NCBI GenBank assembly: GCA_963793705.1
Contig: CAWCBC010000026.1
Coordinates: forward strand, 7,877-71,876
Origin: an uncultured Acidobacteriota bacterium
GTDB lineage: Bacteria > Acidobacteriota > Vicinamibacteria > Vicinamibacterales > UBA2999
Reading direction: 5' to 3'
Length of the DNA stretch: 64,000 bases
In this document: positions 1-10,957 of the stretch, piece by piece
Layout: the number at the start of each line of letters is the position of its first letter
Numbering within the stretch: the first letter of the stretch is position 1
The notes under the pieces: generated by a model
The model's input: the letters and a program-made list of their open reading frames with translations, nothing else
Databases searched by the model: none
Told to the model about the DNA's origin: nothing
Position numbers and translations under genes: made by a program

Positions 1-41
1 ACCCAACTCCCAAAGGCGCTCGGACTCCAACGTCTTGGGGA

Positions 42-93
42 GTTGGAACTTGCGACTTGGAACTTGGAACTTGGAACTTGGAACTTAGAACTT
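42..93. repeat. Tandem heptamer (TTGGAAC)n array with partly inverted CCAACTCCC/GGGAGTTGG flank
   Basis: About 7 units ttggaac/ttgcgac/ttagaac; ccaactccc at 3-11 pairs with gggagttgg at 38-46; opposite-strand (tccaact) units recur at 55909-55935. Confidence 0.85.
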
Positions 94-96
94 GAT

Positions 97-552
97 TCAA
101 TCCGTCTTCCCGTCCTTCGACGTCATCGGCTCGAGCAGCTTTCCAAGGTCCGGGTTCAACGTCCCCGGCGTGCTGCGGCGGCTGCGGCCCTGATAGGGCT
201 GCAGGCAGGGCACGTCGCCCAGGGCTCCTCCCGGACAACGACGCACGGAGGCCGGCGTCCCGTCCCCACGAATCACCAGGGCGTAGGTGCCCTCGGCACA
301 CCGCACATCCCACGCTTCACTGCCCGCCACGACGTCCGCGTCGCGCAGATACGTCCGCTCGATCGCGTCACACGACTCGCCTGCCGACGCGATCAGATTG
401 CGTAACGCCCGCGCCTGCGACCCGGTCAGGGTCCGTGGCCCGGGCAGGCCATCAGACGGGTTGCTGCCGAGAATCAATGCAGAACGCGGCTCGGGCGAGC
501 CGCAGGCAAGAACCGCGAGGCAGACAAGGCAGACGACCGTTTCCCACAACAT
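97..552 (-). CDS. Hypothetical lipoprotein
   Basis: 151-aa ORF, hydrophobic N-terminus ending in lipobox-like VLAC, several Cys. Confidence 0.6.
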   Translation of the reverse strand: MLWETVVCLVCLAVLACGSPEPRSALILGSNPSDGLPGPRTLTGSQARALRNLIASAGESCDAIERTYLRDADVVAGSEAWDVRCAEGTYALVIRGDGTPASVRRCPGGALGDVPCLQPYQGRSRRSTPGTLNPDLGKLLEPMTSKDGKTD

Positions 553-716
553 GTTGGTCAGCGTGGACTTGATGGTAGCACCCCTTGTCGGGGAAAGGCT
601 TTTAACGCTTGAGATACCTGGATCATTCAGCTAAGGTTGCCTCTGAGCAATCGGGCGCGCTGTGGGCCGTGCCTCGCGCGATTTTTGTCACCCACACGGC
701 AGAATGGAAGGTAGAT

Positions 717-1303
717 GTGCGTGGATCGATGAAGTGGTTTGGAATCGGGCTGTTGTCTTTGATGGTCGTGACGTTTGCGTCTCCCGCATTAGCGCAGCCT
801 AAGGCCGAAGTCTCGGCCGGCTACAACTGGCTGGCTGCGAAAGCGACCGGTGACGAGACCTGGGAGAAGTTCCCCAAGGGCTGGTACTCCGATATCGCCG
901 GGAACGTGACACCAATGGTCGGCATCGTGTGTTCGGCCACCGGCGAACTACAAGCACTTCGAAGACGACGGCTTCAAGCTCAAGGCCCATTCGTTCATGG
1001 GCGGTGTGCGCGCAGGCAACGCAGGGCCCGTCCGTGGGTTCGGGCAAGTCCTTTTCGGAGGCTTTCGCCTCTCGGGCGAAGACGATGACGGACTGTTCAG
1101 CGTTTCTGAAACACATACGGCGTTCGACGCTGGGTGGCGGCGTGAACGTCGGGAGCGGGCCAGTCGGCCTCCGCCTTGGCTTGGATTACATCCGCGTCAT
1201 GAAGAAGGACGACAGCCTTATCCTCTCCGACGACCATGGCAACGGGCTCAATCTCAGCGGGTACAGGTTCTCCGTCGGCGTCACCTTCGGCTTCGGCAAC
1301 TAG
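717..1303 (+). CDS. Outer-membrane beta-barrel protein (OmpA/Ail-like), frameshifted in assembly
   Basis: Signal peptide, AQPKAEVSAGYN, GWYSD, GGGVNV, C-terminal GVTFGFGN; pieces lie in ORFs 609+, 997+ and 929+. Confidence 0.7.
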
Positions 1304-1310
1304 CAATCTC

Positions 1311-1334
1311 CGGGGCCAGCCTCGGCTGGCCCCG
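1311..1334 (+). terminator. GC-rich hairpin after first OMP gene
   Basis: cggggccagc-ctcg-gctggccccg perfect 10-bp stem; weak U tract. Confidence 0.55.
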
Positions 1335-1483
1335 TCGTTCCCTCGGAACCCTTTCCCTTATAGATCCTAGATCCTTAGACTTGAGCTGGCGGAACTGTTG
1401 AGCTAAGTTACTTCCGCACGTGTTCGTGGGGCCGCGACACGAACGAGGCGATCAGCAGACGCGCGGCAGAAAAGAAGGTCGAT

Positions 1484-2067
1484 GTGCGTGGAGCAATGAA
1501 ATGGCTCGTCGTGTGTGCCGTCTGTGTCGGGGTGACTGGATTCGCCCGCACGGCGTCAGCACAGGACGTCCCAAAGGTCGAGGTGTCGGGCGGGTGGAAC
1601 TATCAGGCAATGAAGTCGAACGACGATGAAGACTGGACCCACTTCTCGAAGGGCTGGTACGCCGACGTCGCGGTTGCCGTGACCAACATGTGGTCGGCCG
1701 TCGGACAGGTCGCCGGCGACTATAAGACCATCACCGAGCAACGAAGGTGCGCTCGACGTCAGCCTCCATCCGTACCTGTTCGGCGTCCGCGCCAGCGCGA
1801 GAGGGAACGCCGAAGGCGACGCCCTACGCGCAGGCACTGTTTGGCGCGACGAGACTGAAGGTGAGCGGGATCGGCTTCAGCGTCTCTGAGAACATGTTCA
1901 CGTATCAGGTGGGTGGCGGCGTGAACGTCAAGGCGAGAGAGAACCTCAGCGCCCGCGTCAGCGCCGACTACGTCCGCGCCATGCCTGGCGATGCCAGTGA
2001 ACTCGCGGAGGAGGCCTTCCAGGGCATTCGTCTGGGGGTCGGCCTGGTCTTCGGCTTCGGCAAGTAG
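1484..2067 (+). CDS. Outer-membrane beta-barrel protein, paralog of 717-1303 (frameshifted)
   Basis: MRGAMKW start like MRGSMKW; PKVEVSGGWNY, KGWYAD, GGGVNV, GLVFGFGK. Confidence 0.75.
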
Positions 2068-2082
2068 CGATCAATCTGACAG

Positions 2083-2109
2083 CGGGGCCGACGATCGTTG
2101 GCCCCGTTT
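2083..2109 (+). terminator. Rho-independent terminator-like hairpin between convergent genes
   Basis: cggggccgacg-at-cgttggccccg followed by ttt. Confidence 0.6.
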
Positions 2110-2131
2110 CCTCACGGCCCGCGCCCACGAT

Positions 2132-3133
2132 TCAGCCGCGCGCGTCGCGCAGCACCTCTGCGGCTTCCTCCGGCGACGTCGGGTTGAGATAGAACCCGGT
2201 CGCCCATTCAAAACCCGCCACCTTCGTCAGCGTCGGGATGATCTCGACGTGCCAGTGATAGAACTCTCCGGCCGCGGGTTCATGCAGCGGCGCGCTGTGA
2301 ATCAGCAGGTTGTAGGGCGGCATCCGCAGCGAGCGGTTCATGCGGCGCAGGATGTCTCCAAGCAGCCGTCCGAGCGCCGCGTACTCATGCCGCGGCGCAT
2401 CCTCGAACGACGCCTGGTGCCGCTTCGGCAGGATCCAGGTCTCGAACGGAAACCGCGGCGCATAGGGCGCCACCGCCACCATGTCGGCGTTCTCCGCAAT
2501 GACCCGCCGGTGCTCCTGCGTTTCCTGCCGGACGATGTCGCAGAAGACGCAGCGCTCCTTCGCGGTGTAGTGCACCCGAGCGCCGTCGATCTCATCGCGC
2601 ACCTCGCGGGGAACGATCGGCAGCGCAATGAGCTGCGTGTGTGAATGATCGAGGTGCGCCCCGGCAGCCGCGCCGTGGTTCTTGAAGATGATGATGTAGC
2701 GGAAGCGGCGATCCTGCTTCAGGTCGTGAACGCGCTCGCGGCACGCCCATAACACCTGCTCGACATCCCCCTCCCCCATCGTCGCCAGCGTTTCCTCGTG
2801 GCGCGGCGTCTCGATGACCACCTCGTGGGCACCGATCCCGTTCATCTTGTCGAAGAGGCCCTCGCCCTGACGATCGAGCGTGCCCTCGACGCGAAGGACC
2901 GGAAACTGATTCGGGACAACGCGCAGGCTCCAGCCGGGGCCGTTTGGCGCGCTGCCGTTGCGATGCGCGAGCAGCTCGCGGGGTGTCATGTCCTCATGCC
3001 CCTCGCAGAACGGACAGCCGGCATCCGGCGCGATCGTCACGGACTCGAGGCGGAAGTCAGAAGGTCGTTTGCGGCGCTCAGTGGAGATGATGACCCAGCG
3101 GCCGGTGACAGGATCTTTGCGGAGTTCGCTCAT
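2132..3133 (-). CDS. galT: Galactose-1-phosphate uridylyltransferase
   Basis: MSELRKDPVTGRWVII, CPFC, GAHEVVIETP, HxHxQ (HSHTQ), AGFEWATG. Confidence 0.95.
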   Translation of the reverse strand: MSELRKDPVTGRWVIISTERRKRPSDFRLESVTIAPDAGCPFCEGHEDMTPRELLAHRNGSAPNGPGWSLRVVPNQFPVLRVEGTLDRQGEGLFDKMNGIGAHEVVIETPRHEETLATMGEGDVEQVLWACRERVHDLKQDRRFRYIIIFKNHGAAAGAHLDHSHTQLIALPIVPREVRDEIDGARVHYTAKERCVFCDIVRQETQEHRRVIAENADMVAVAPYAPRFPFETWILPKRHQASFEDAPRHEYAALGRLLGDILRRMNRSLRMPPYNLLIHSAPLHEPAAGEFYHWHVEIIPTLTKVAGFEWATGFYLNPTSPEEAAEVLRDARG

Positions 3134-3508
3134 TCAGTACGCCGATTCAAAAGCGTTCATATAGATTTCCACTCGCGGCTCCCGGCCGTTGGCAATGTCC
3201 ACTGTGACGACGTCGAACCGGCAGGGCTGATCGTCCAGCCGATGGCGAACCAGGTAATCCATGGCCATCTGCGCCAGCTTCCGCTGCTTCCACGCGGTGA
3301 CCGCCGCTGCGCCACCGCCGAACTCGTCGCCGGCCCTGGATTTCACTTCGACGAAGACCGTCGTCTCGCCGTCGCGAGCAATGATGTCGATCTCGCCAAG
3401 TTTTGTGCGGTGCCGTCTGGCAATAATTGCGTACCCGCGCTCGGTCAGCGCGGCGCACGCAAGATTCTCCCCCAGTTTTCCAAGAGATTGTCGATGGTCT
3501 TCGGCCAT
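3134..3508 (-). CDS. yraN: YraN family (UPF0102) predicted endonuclease
   Basis: LGKLGENLA, GEIDIIARDG, VFVEVKSR, RFDVV. Confidence 0.9.
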   Translation of the reverse strand: MAEDHRQSLGKLGENLACAALTERGYAIIARRHRTKLGEIDIIARDGETTVFVEVKSRAGDEFGGGAAAVTAWKQRKLAQMAMDYLVRHRLDDQPCRFDVVTVDIANGREPRVEIYMNAFESAY

Positions 3509-3552
3509 GCCCGGTGAGAAGGCATGTACCGCGCCAAGCCTGAGCCCTAGCC

Positions 3553-3597
3553 TAACCACGAAGGCACGAAGAGATCCCCTTCGTGATCTTCGTGGTT
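3553..3597. repeat. CACGAAG tandem-unit palindrome, copy P1
   Basis: taaccacgaag-gcacgaag ... cttcgtg-atcttcgtggtt. Confidence 0.9.
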
Positions 3598-4647
3598 TCA
3601 CTTCCGCAACGTTCCAGTCAGGCCCTCACGCGAGCACTTGAACGGCTCGACCTTCAGGTCGGACGGGACGTATTCGTACGTGAGCGTCGCCAGCGGTTGC
3701 TGAAAGAATTCCGGGTCGACGTCGGTGATTTCCAGCACGAGGCGCTGGCGGGCCACATCGAGGCGCAGCCGTTCGACCGTCGTCAAGGCGGAGGAATGCA
3801 GCAGTCCCCGCGTCGGCTGACCGGGCCGCTCGACATACTGATTCAGCACGCCGCTGGAGTAATTCGCCGTCTCGATGACCAGCGTGTCGCCATCGAAATG
3901 GCCGATCGAATGGCCCAGCGAGCTGCGCCGCCCGTTCTTCGGATGATCCGTCGCGTCGATGGCGATTTTGCGCCGCACGTCCATCCACTCGTGATGCAGC
4001 GCAACGTTTCGTCCGTCGCGGATGATCTCGAGCGGGGTGCCCGGCGCGGCCCACACGCGGCGGATCGCAACCGGATCGCAGCGGAACGTCGGGTCGTCTC
4101 GAAACGGATCGTAGGCGTCGACCGCCCGCTGCCCGGCCGGCGTCAGCAACGACATCGCTGAGGGACCGTTCGTGGTTCGGTTCAGCGACGGGGTCAGCAG
4201 CCAGCGGCCAAGGATGTCCTTTCGCGGCGGCAGGGACGCCGTCGTGCGTCCGGCCTGGGCCGGGCCATTTACGCTCAACGTGCGGCCGTCAGGAAATTCG
4301 ACGGTGTCGAAGAAGCACATGTACGGATCGTGCCGAGACACCGGACCGGTCACCCGAATCTGTGTGCCGGCCTTCAACATCGAGGGCGTGATCCCGTTGC
4401 GCTGCAATTGCGTGACGCCGTGCGACTCGCAGACGTATTCGCGCGTCCGTCCGTTCTCGTCGACGGCGGTCAGGTGAACGTAGGTGTGGGGATTTCGTGA
4501 CTCGAATTCCTTGACGATGCCCGAGATGGAGACCCGCTTGTTCGAATCGAAGTGCGGGGCGAAGCTGTGATGAGCGCCAGGACGCGCGCCACCGAGCAGC
4601 ACACCCATCCACACTGCCATCGCTGACGCAGTCATTCGAACGCGCAT
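3598..4647 (-). CDS. DUF6152-family secreted protein
   Basis: Signal peptide then AHHSFAPHFD, NPH; second half DPTFRC, GHSIGHFDGDTLVIET. Confidence 0.8.
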   Translation of the reverse strand: MRVRMTASAMAVWMGVLLGGARPGAHHSFAPHFDSNKRVSISGIVKEFESRNPHTYVHLTAVDENGRTREYVCESHGVTQLQRNGITPSMLKAGTQIRVTGPVSRHDPYMCFFDTVEFPDGRTLSVNGPAQAGRTTASLPPRKDILGRWLLTPSLNRTTNGPSAMSLLTPAGQRAVDAYDPFRDDPTFRCDPVAIRRVWAAPGTPLEIIRDGRNVALHHEWMDVRRKIAIDATDHPKNGRRSSLGHSIGHFDGDTLVIETANYSSGVLNQYVERPGQPTRGLLHSSALTTVERLRLDVARQRLVLEITDVDPEFFQQPLATLTYEYVPSDLKVEPFKCSREGLTGTLRK

Positions 4648-4661
4648 GGCCTCTCCTAGGA

Positions 4662-4712
4662 AACCACGAAGTCCACGAAGGAATCTTCGAATCCTTCGCG
4701 TGCTTCGTGGTT
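4662..4712. repeat. CACGAAG palindrome, copy P2
   Basis: aaccacgaag-tccacgaag ... cttcgcg-tgcttcgtggtt. Confidence 0.9.
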
Positions 4713-4813
4713 CAAGATTCTCCTCCAGTTTTCAACGGGATTGACGATGGTCGAACATTGCCCTCGAGGTAGGCATGTCGGGGGCCAACTCGCTACACTG
4801 TCTGCGCCCCCGC

Positions 4814-7283
4814 ATGAATCTCATTCCTCGACGGGTCGTTTTCGGCGCGGCCGGTCTGTGGGCCTGCGCCGCGGTCGGCGTTCAGGAGGCCGCTTCGCCG
4901 CCGCAGGCACCGCCCGCACGCGCGACGACTGCGACTGCGCTCACGGAAACGATCCGCCAGTACTGCGCCGGGTGTCACAACGAGCGCTCCGGATCGGCGG
5001 CCACGGCCACCGGTGTCGTGCTCGATCGAGCGGATGTGGCGCGCGCCGCCGAGCACACCGAGATGTGGGAGAAGGTCGTCCGGCGGCTGCGCACCGGCAG
5101 CATGCCTCCTCCCGGCATGCCGCGGCCCGACGCCGGCCGCGTACCGGAGCCTGATCGACCATCTCGAAGGCACGCTCGATCGTGCGGCGGCGGCGCGGCC
5201 GAACCCCGGCCGCCCGGCGGTTCACCGCCTGAACCGCAGCGAGTACGCGCACGCCATCCGCGATCTGCTGGCGCTCGACGTCGACACCGCCGCGATGCTG
5301 CCGCCCGACGACTCGGCCGACGGCTTCGACAACAACGCCGCGCTGCTCGGCGTCTCACCGGCGCTCCTCGAGCGATACCTGTCGGCGGCGGCCCGCATCA
5401 GCGAGCTGGCGGTGGCCAGCCCGGCGATCGTGCCGGGTTCGGAGACGTATCGCATCCGCGGCGACGCGTCGCAGAGCGAACAGAACGACGCGCTGTCGCC
5501 GGGCACGCGCGGAGGATTGCTCGCCACGCACACGTTCCCGCTCGACGGCGAGTATCTGATCAGGGTCCGGCTGCTGCAGACGAATCTGGGCTCAATCCGT
5601 GGCCTGGAGTACCAGCACCAGCTCGAGGTGACGCTCGACGGAGCGCGCGTCCTGCTCGCACCGGTCGGCGGACCCGACGACTACGTGCGGTCCTCGGTCA
5701 ACGCCACTGATGTCGTCAACTCGCTCGAGACGCGGCTGCAGGTTCGGGTCAAGGCGCGCGCCGGGCAGCGGGCAGTCGGCGCCGCGTTCCTGCGCCGGCC
5801 GCCGGTCTACGGCGGATCGCGCCTGCAGCCGTTCCTGCGCACGACGCTGATCGCCACCGATCACCTCGGCCTTCCCCACGTCGAGAGCATGACGGTCACC
5901 GGACCGTTCAACGCCGCGCCCGCCGGAGACACGCCGAGCCGGCAGCGGGTGTTTATTTGTCGTCCCCGGAACGGCACCCCTAAAGGGGCGCCCTACGGAT
6001 CCAACGCGGCCCGGCCGGTGAGCACGCTCGAAGAACAGGCGTGTGCGAACACGATCGTCGGCACGCTCGCGCGGCGCGCCTATCGGCGCGACGTGACCGA
6101 CGCGGATCTCGCGGGACCGATGGCCTTCTACGAGCAGGGGCGCACAGAAGGCGGCTTCGAGCGAGGCATCGAGCTGGCGCTCCGGGCGGTGCTGGTCAGC
6201 CCGAAGTTCGTGTTCCGCGTCGAGCGCGACCCACCGGGCCTCCGCGCCGGCGCGACGTATCGGATCAGCGACGCCGAGCTCGCCTCGCGTCTGTCGTTCT
6301 TCCTGTGGAGCAGCATCCCGGACGACGAGCTGCTGAACGTGGCGGCAAGCGGCAGGCTGCGCCAGCCCGCCGTGCTGGAGCGTCAGGTCCGGCGCATGCT
6401 CGCCGATCCGCGCGCCGACGCGCTGGTCGAGAACTTCGCCGGGCAGTGGCTGCACGTCCGCAACGTGCGCAGCTCGACGCCGGACAAGAACCTGTTTCCG
6501 AACTTCGACGACAACCTGCGGCAGGCCTTCGAGCGCGAGCTCGAGCTGTTCGTCGGCAGCATCATCCGGGAGGATCGCAGCGCCCTCGATCTGCTGACAG
6601 CCGATCACACGTTCGTCAACGAGCGGCTGGCGCGGCACTACGGGATCGGCCACGTCTACGGTCCGCGGTTCCGGCGCGTGACGCTGCAGGACGAGGCGAG
6701 GAAGGGACTGCTGGGCAAGGGCGGCATCCTGCTCGTGACGTCGCACGCCGATCGCACCTCGCCGGTGGTGCGCGGCAAGTGGATCCTGGAGAACCTGATT
6801 GGCACGCCGCCTCCCCCGCCGCCCGCCGAGGTGCCGGCGTTCCCGGAGGACGATCCGAGGGCGCCGCAGACCGTGCGCGCCAGAATGGAGCGCCATCGGG
6901 CCAGCCCCGCGTGCGCGGGCTGCCACAAGGTCATGGATCCGCTGGGGCTGGCCCTGGAGAACTTCGATGCCGTCGGCAGGTGGCGGACCGAGGACGCCGG
7001 TGTCACAATCGATGCCTCCGGTGAGCTTGGCAACGGCACGCGCGTCGACGGCGTCGTCTGCCCTGCGCACAGCGCTCCTCGGACAGCCGGAGGTTCTGGT
7101 CGGCACGATGACGGAAAAGCTGCTCACCTACGCGCTCGGCCGCAGCCTCGAGCACTACGACATGCCTGCCGTGCGAGGAATCGTCCGGACTGCGGCGCCC
7201 AGAACTACCGGTTCTCGGCGCTCGTGCTGGCGATCGCGCAGAGCACGCCGTTCCAGATGCGCAGCGTCGGAGGCGGGTCGTGA
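4814..7283 (+). CDS. DUF1592/DUF1588 (PSD/PSCyt) cytochrome c-containing protein (frameshifted)
   Basis: CAGCHN and CAGCHK heme motifs, HRLNRSEY, DGFDNNA, ELASRLSFFLWSSIPD, TSPVVRGKW; start uncertain (4775 or 4814). Confidence 0.9.
5973..5996. repeat. GTAG-type REP palindrome inside coding sequence
   Basis: ggcacccctaaaggggcgccctac nearly matches the reverse complement of the intergenic REP at 10916-10944. Confidence 0.75.
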
Positions 7284-8607
7284 CCTTCCTCTCCAGACGG
7301 GCGCTGGATCGGCGGACGTTCCTGCGCGGCGCGGGCGCCGCGCTCGCGCTGCCGCTGCTGGACGCGATGGTGCCCGCGGCAACGGCGATGCAGCGCACGG
7401 CAGCCGTGCCGCCGCGGCGGCTCGGCTTCGTCTACATCCCGCACGGCGTCATCATGAACCAGTGGACGCCGGCAGCGACCGGCGCCGGGCTTCGAGTTCA
7501 CGCCGATCCTCAAGCCGCTCGAGCCCTACCGCGAACGATCTGGTCGTGGTCAGCAACCTGACCCGCGCCGACCCGGTCAGCAATCACGCGTGCTCGGCCT
7601 CGGCGTGGCTCACGGGCGTGGCGGCCAAGCGCACCGACGGACCGGATTTCCGCAACGGCGTGTCGCTCGACCAGGTGATCGCCCGCGAGATCGGTCAGGA
7701 CACGATCTTCCCGTCGCTGGAGCTGGCCACCGAAGACTTCACAGGGCTCGTCGGCGCGTGCGACCCGGGATACAGCTGCGTCTACATCAACACGCTCAAC
7801 TGGCAGTCGGACACCACTCCGCTGCCAATGGAGATCAACCCGCGCGTCGTCTTCGAGCGGCATGTTCGGCAGCGGCGGCACCGCCGCCGACCGCGCCGGG
7901 CAGCGGCGCATCGACCGCAGCCTCCTCGATTTCGTGGCGGACGATCTGCGCCAGCTGGAGACGGGCCTCGGCGCGCCCGACCGCACCCGGCTGGGCGAGT
8001 ACCTCGAGCTACGTGCGCGAAATCGAGCGGCGGATTCAGCGTGCCGAGCAGCGGGCGCAGCAGACGCCCGACGTGCCGAACACTCCGGTCGGCGTGCCTG
8101 AGTCGTACGAGGAGCACGTGGCGCTGATGTTCGACCTGCTGGCGCTGGCCTACCAGGCGGATCTCAGCCGGGTCTTCACGTTCATGATGGCGCGCGAGGT
8201 CAGCCAGCGGACCTATCCCGACATCGGCATCACCGAGCCACACCATACGATCTCGCACCACGGCAACCGGCCGGCCGCCATCGCCGGGCATGCGAAGCTG
8301 AACGCCCACCATGTGGGTCTGTTCGCGAAGTTCGTCGATCGACTGCGATCCACGCCCGATGGGGACGGCTCGCTGCTGGATCATTCCGTCATCGTCTACG
8401 GCAGCGGGATGAGCGACGGCAACGGCCACACCGGCGGGCCCCTGCCGCACCTCGTCGTCGGCAGCGGCGGCGGACGCATCAAGGGCAACCGCCATCTGGC
8501 GTCGCCCGAGGGCACGCCGATGGCCAACCTCCTGCTGTCGCTGGCGCACGTCTCCGGCGTCGAGCTCGAGCGCTTCGGCGTCAGCCGCGGCACTGTCGAT
8601 CTTGTGA
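7280..8607 (+). CDS. DUF1552 (HXXSHH) protein with Tat-like signal (frameshifted)
   Basis: RRTFLRG...LPLLDAM, SLELATE, HHTISHH, GSGMSDGNGH; directly follows the DUF1592 gene. Confidence 0.9.
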
Positions 8608-8619
8608 GGACCGACGATC

Positions 8620-10139
8620 ACGTCACGCGCGTTCAGCGCTGGCTCGTGCGGCGGCAGCCATCTGCGCTGGTGGCGCGGCACCTTGTCAGGTCCGCGGGTG
8701 CCGGCGCCGCGGCGGACTCTCCGCTGCTCGAGGCAGTCAGGCGCGGCGACGAGAGCCGCCGTGCGATCGCTGGCGCGCCGCGCCACGGTGAACGTCGCCG
8801 AGCGCCGACGGCACGACGCCCCTGCACGTCGCCGCCCGGTCCGACCAGGTCGCCATCCTCGAAGCTGCTGATCGGGGCCGGCGCGCAGGTGAACGCCGCT
8901 GACCGCTACGGGATCACGCCGCTGGCCCTCGCGGCGATGAACGGATCGGCCCCGGCCATCGCCGCGCTGCTCGACGCCGGCGCCGACGGGAAGGCGCGCG
9001 TCGGCGATGGCGAGACCGTGCTGATGGCTGCCGCCAGGACCGGGCGAACCGACGCGGTCCGCCTGCTGCTCGATCATGGGGCCGACCCCAACGCGCGCGA
9101 GCCGTGGCAGGGCGAAACGGCGCTGATGTGGGCGGCCGGCGAGAACCACGGCGAGGTGGTGCGGCTGTTGGCGGCCCGGAAAGCCGATCTGAACGCCCGG
9201 TCGGTCGTGCCGGAATTCCCGAAGGTCAAAGTCGATCTGGCGACGATGGTCACGACCGCGCTGCCGCGCGGCGGCCTGACGGCGCTGATGTACGCGGCGC
9301 GGCAAGGTGCGGCCGACGGCGCGCGGGCACTCGCCGACGCCGGTGCGCCGCTCGACGCGCAGGATCCCGACGGCACCACGGCGCTCGTCATCGCCATCAT
9401 CAACGCGCACTACGAAGCGGCCGCGGTGCTCATCGACAAGGGCGCCAACCTCGATCTCGCGGACTCGGCCGGGATGACGCCGCTCTACGCCGCCGTGGAC
9501 ATGGAGCACCAGGAGCCGCTGATCAATCGCCCGCTGCGCGAAGCCGTCCGGCGCCATGCGGGCCCGCGACGTCGTCTCGCGGCTGCTCGCTCGCGGCGCC
9601 AACGCCAACGCGGTGCTGCAAGTCGCCGCTGCTGATGCGGCAGCACAGCGACGGCGATCCGACCTTCGGCGCGGGCGCGACGCCGTTGATGCGGGCGGCC
9701 AAGGTCGCCGACGTCGCGATCATGCGCGACCTGCTCACGCACGGAGCTGACCCGCGCCTGCGGCTCCGCAACGGCAACACGGCGCTGCACATCATCGCGG
9801 CGCGTGGCGGGAGAAACGCCGCGCCTGAGGCCACGGCCATCGAGGCCGCCGACGCTGCTGCTCGACAAGGGCGCCGACATCCAGGCCGCCACCGAGAGCC
9901 GGGCAGACTGCCCTGCATGCCGCCGTGGGCCGCGGCGACCGCCTCGTCAGGTTCCTCGTCGAGCGCGGCGCACAGCTGGACGCCAAGGATTCGGCCGGCC
10001 GCACGGCGCTCGATGTCGCGCTCGGCGTGCCAGGCGCGGCTGGTGGACGCGGTCGCGGCGGTCAGGCTCCGCCGCCCGGGACCGGTGAACGCAGACGACC
10101 GCTGCGCTGCTGAAGGAACTCGCTGGAGAACGAATGATG
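8620..10139 (+). CDS. Ankyrin repeat protein (several frameshifts; start approximate)
   Basis: Repeated GxTPL/GxTAL..AA motifs (GITPLALAA, GETALMWAA, GLTALMYAA, GATPLMRAA). Confidence 0.85.
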
Positions 10140-10143
10140 AACT

Positions 10144-10919
10144 ATGCGCAAGACTCGCAGATTCCCGTGGCGATCAGCGATCCTCACCGCGTCGCTGCCG
10201 GCAGCCGCGCAATGGAAGAACCTGCCGATGGACGGCGTGCCGATGCGCGACGGCAAGCCCGACCTGACCGCGCCGGCGCCGAAGACGCCGGCGGGCAGGG
10301 TCGATCTGTCGGGCATCTACATGCCCAACTACAAGTACTTCCAGAATCTCGCCGCCGATCTCGGCCTCGACAACGTGCCGATGACGCCGGAAGCCAGAAA
10401 GATTCACGCGGCGCGGGCCACGGGACTGCTCGGCTACGAGGAGCCCGACGCGCACTGCCTCCCGCAGGGAGTGCCCAAGATCAACATGGCGCCGGTGCCA
10501 TTCCGGATCGTGCAGACCGAGAAGCTCGTCGTGCTGGTCTACGAGGCGTTCAACCTGTGGCGGCAGGTGTTTCTTGACCAGCGCGAATGGGCTGCCGATC
10601 TGAACCCGTCCTGGATGGGCTATTCGAAGGGACGCTGGGAAGGCGACGAGTTAGTCGTGGAGACGCGCGGGCTGAACGGCAAGCAGTGGCTCGATCACGG
10701 CGGACTTCCGGCCAGCGACAAGCTGACGGTGATCGAACGGTTCCGTCGTCCCCGCTTCGGCCAGCTCGAGATTCAGATCACGATCGACGACCCGACGTAT
10801 TACACCAAGCCGTGGACGGCGAACACGTGCTGCGCCTGGTGCCGGACACCGAGCTGTTCGAGTTCATCTGCAACGAGAACGAGAAGTCCACGAAGCACAT
10901 GGGGCCGAATATTAAGTAG
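10144..10919 (+). CDS. Secreted hypothetical protein (related to the C-terminal domain of the DUF6152 protein)
   Basis: DLSGIY, DAHCLPQGVP, WMGYSKGRWEGDELVVET, DPTYYTKPW, frameshifted FEFICNEN. Confidence 0.75.
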
Positions 10920-10944
10920 GGCGCCCCTTCAAGGGGTGCCCTAC
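10916..10944. repeat. GTAG-type REP palindrome
   Basis: gtagggcgcccc-ttcaa-ggggtgccctac between convergent genes. Confidence 0.85.
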
Positions 10945-10957
10945 TCGATTGGAAGTT

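Noticed and set aside
42-93. Repeats as a CRISPR array
   Set aside because: The 7-9 bp units have no unique 25-45 bp spacers, and no cas genes are in the window.
3134-3597. YraN as the nuclease for the adjacent palindrome P1
   Set aside because: yraN is a broadly conserved gene lying outside, not between, the arms. The adjacency is plausible by chance given the repeat density.
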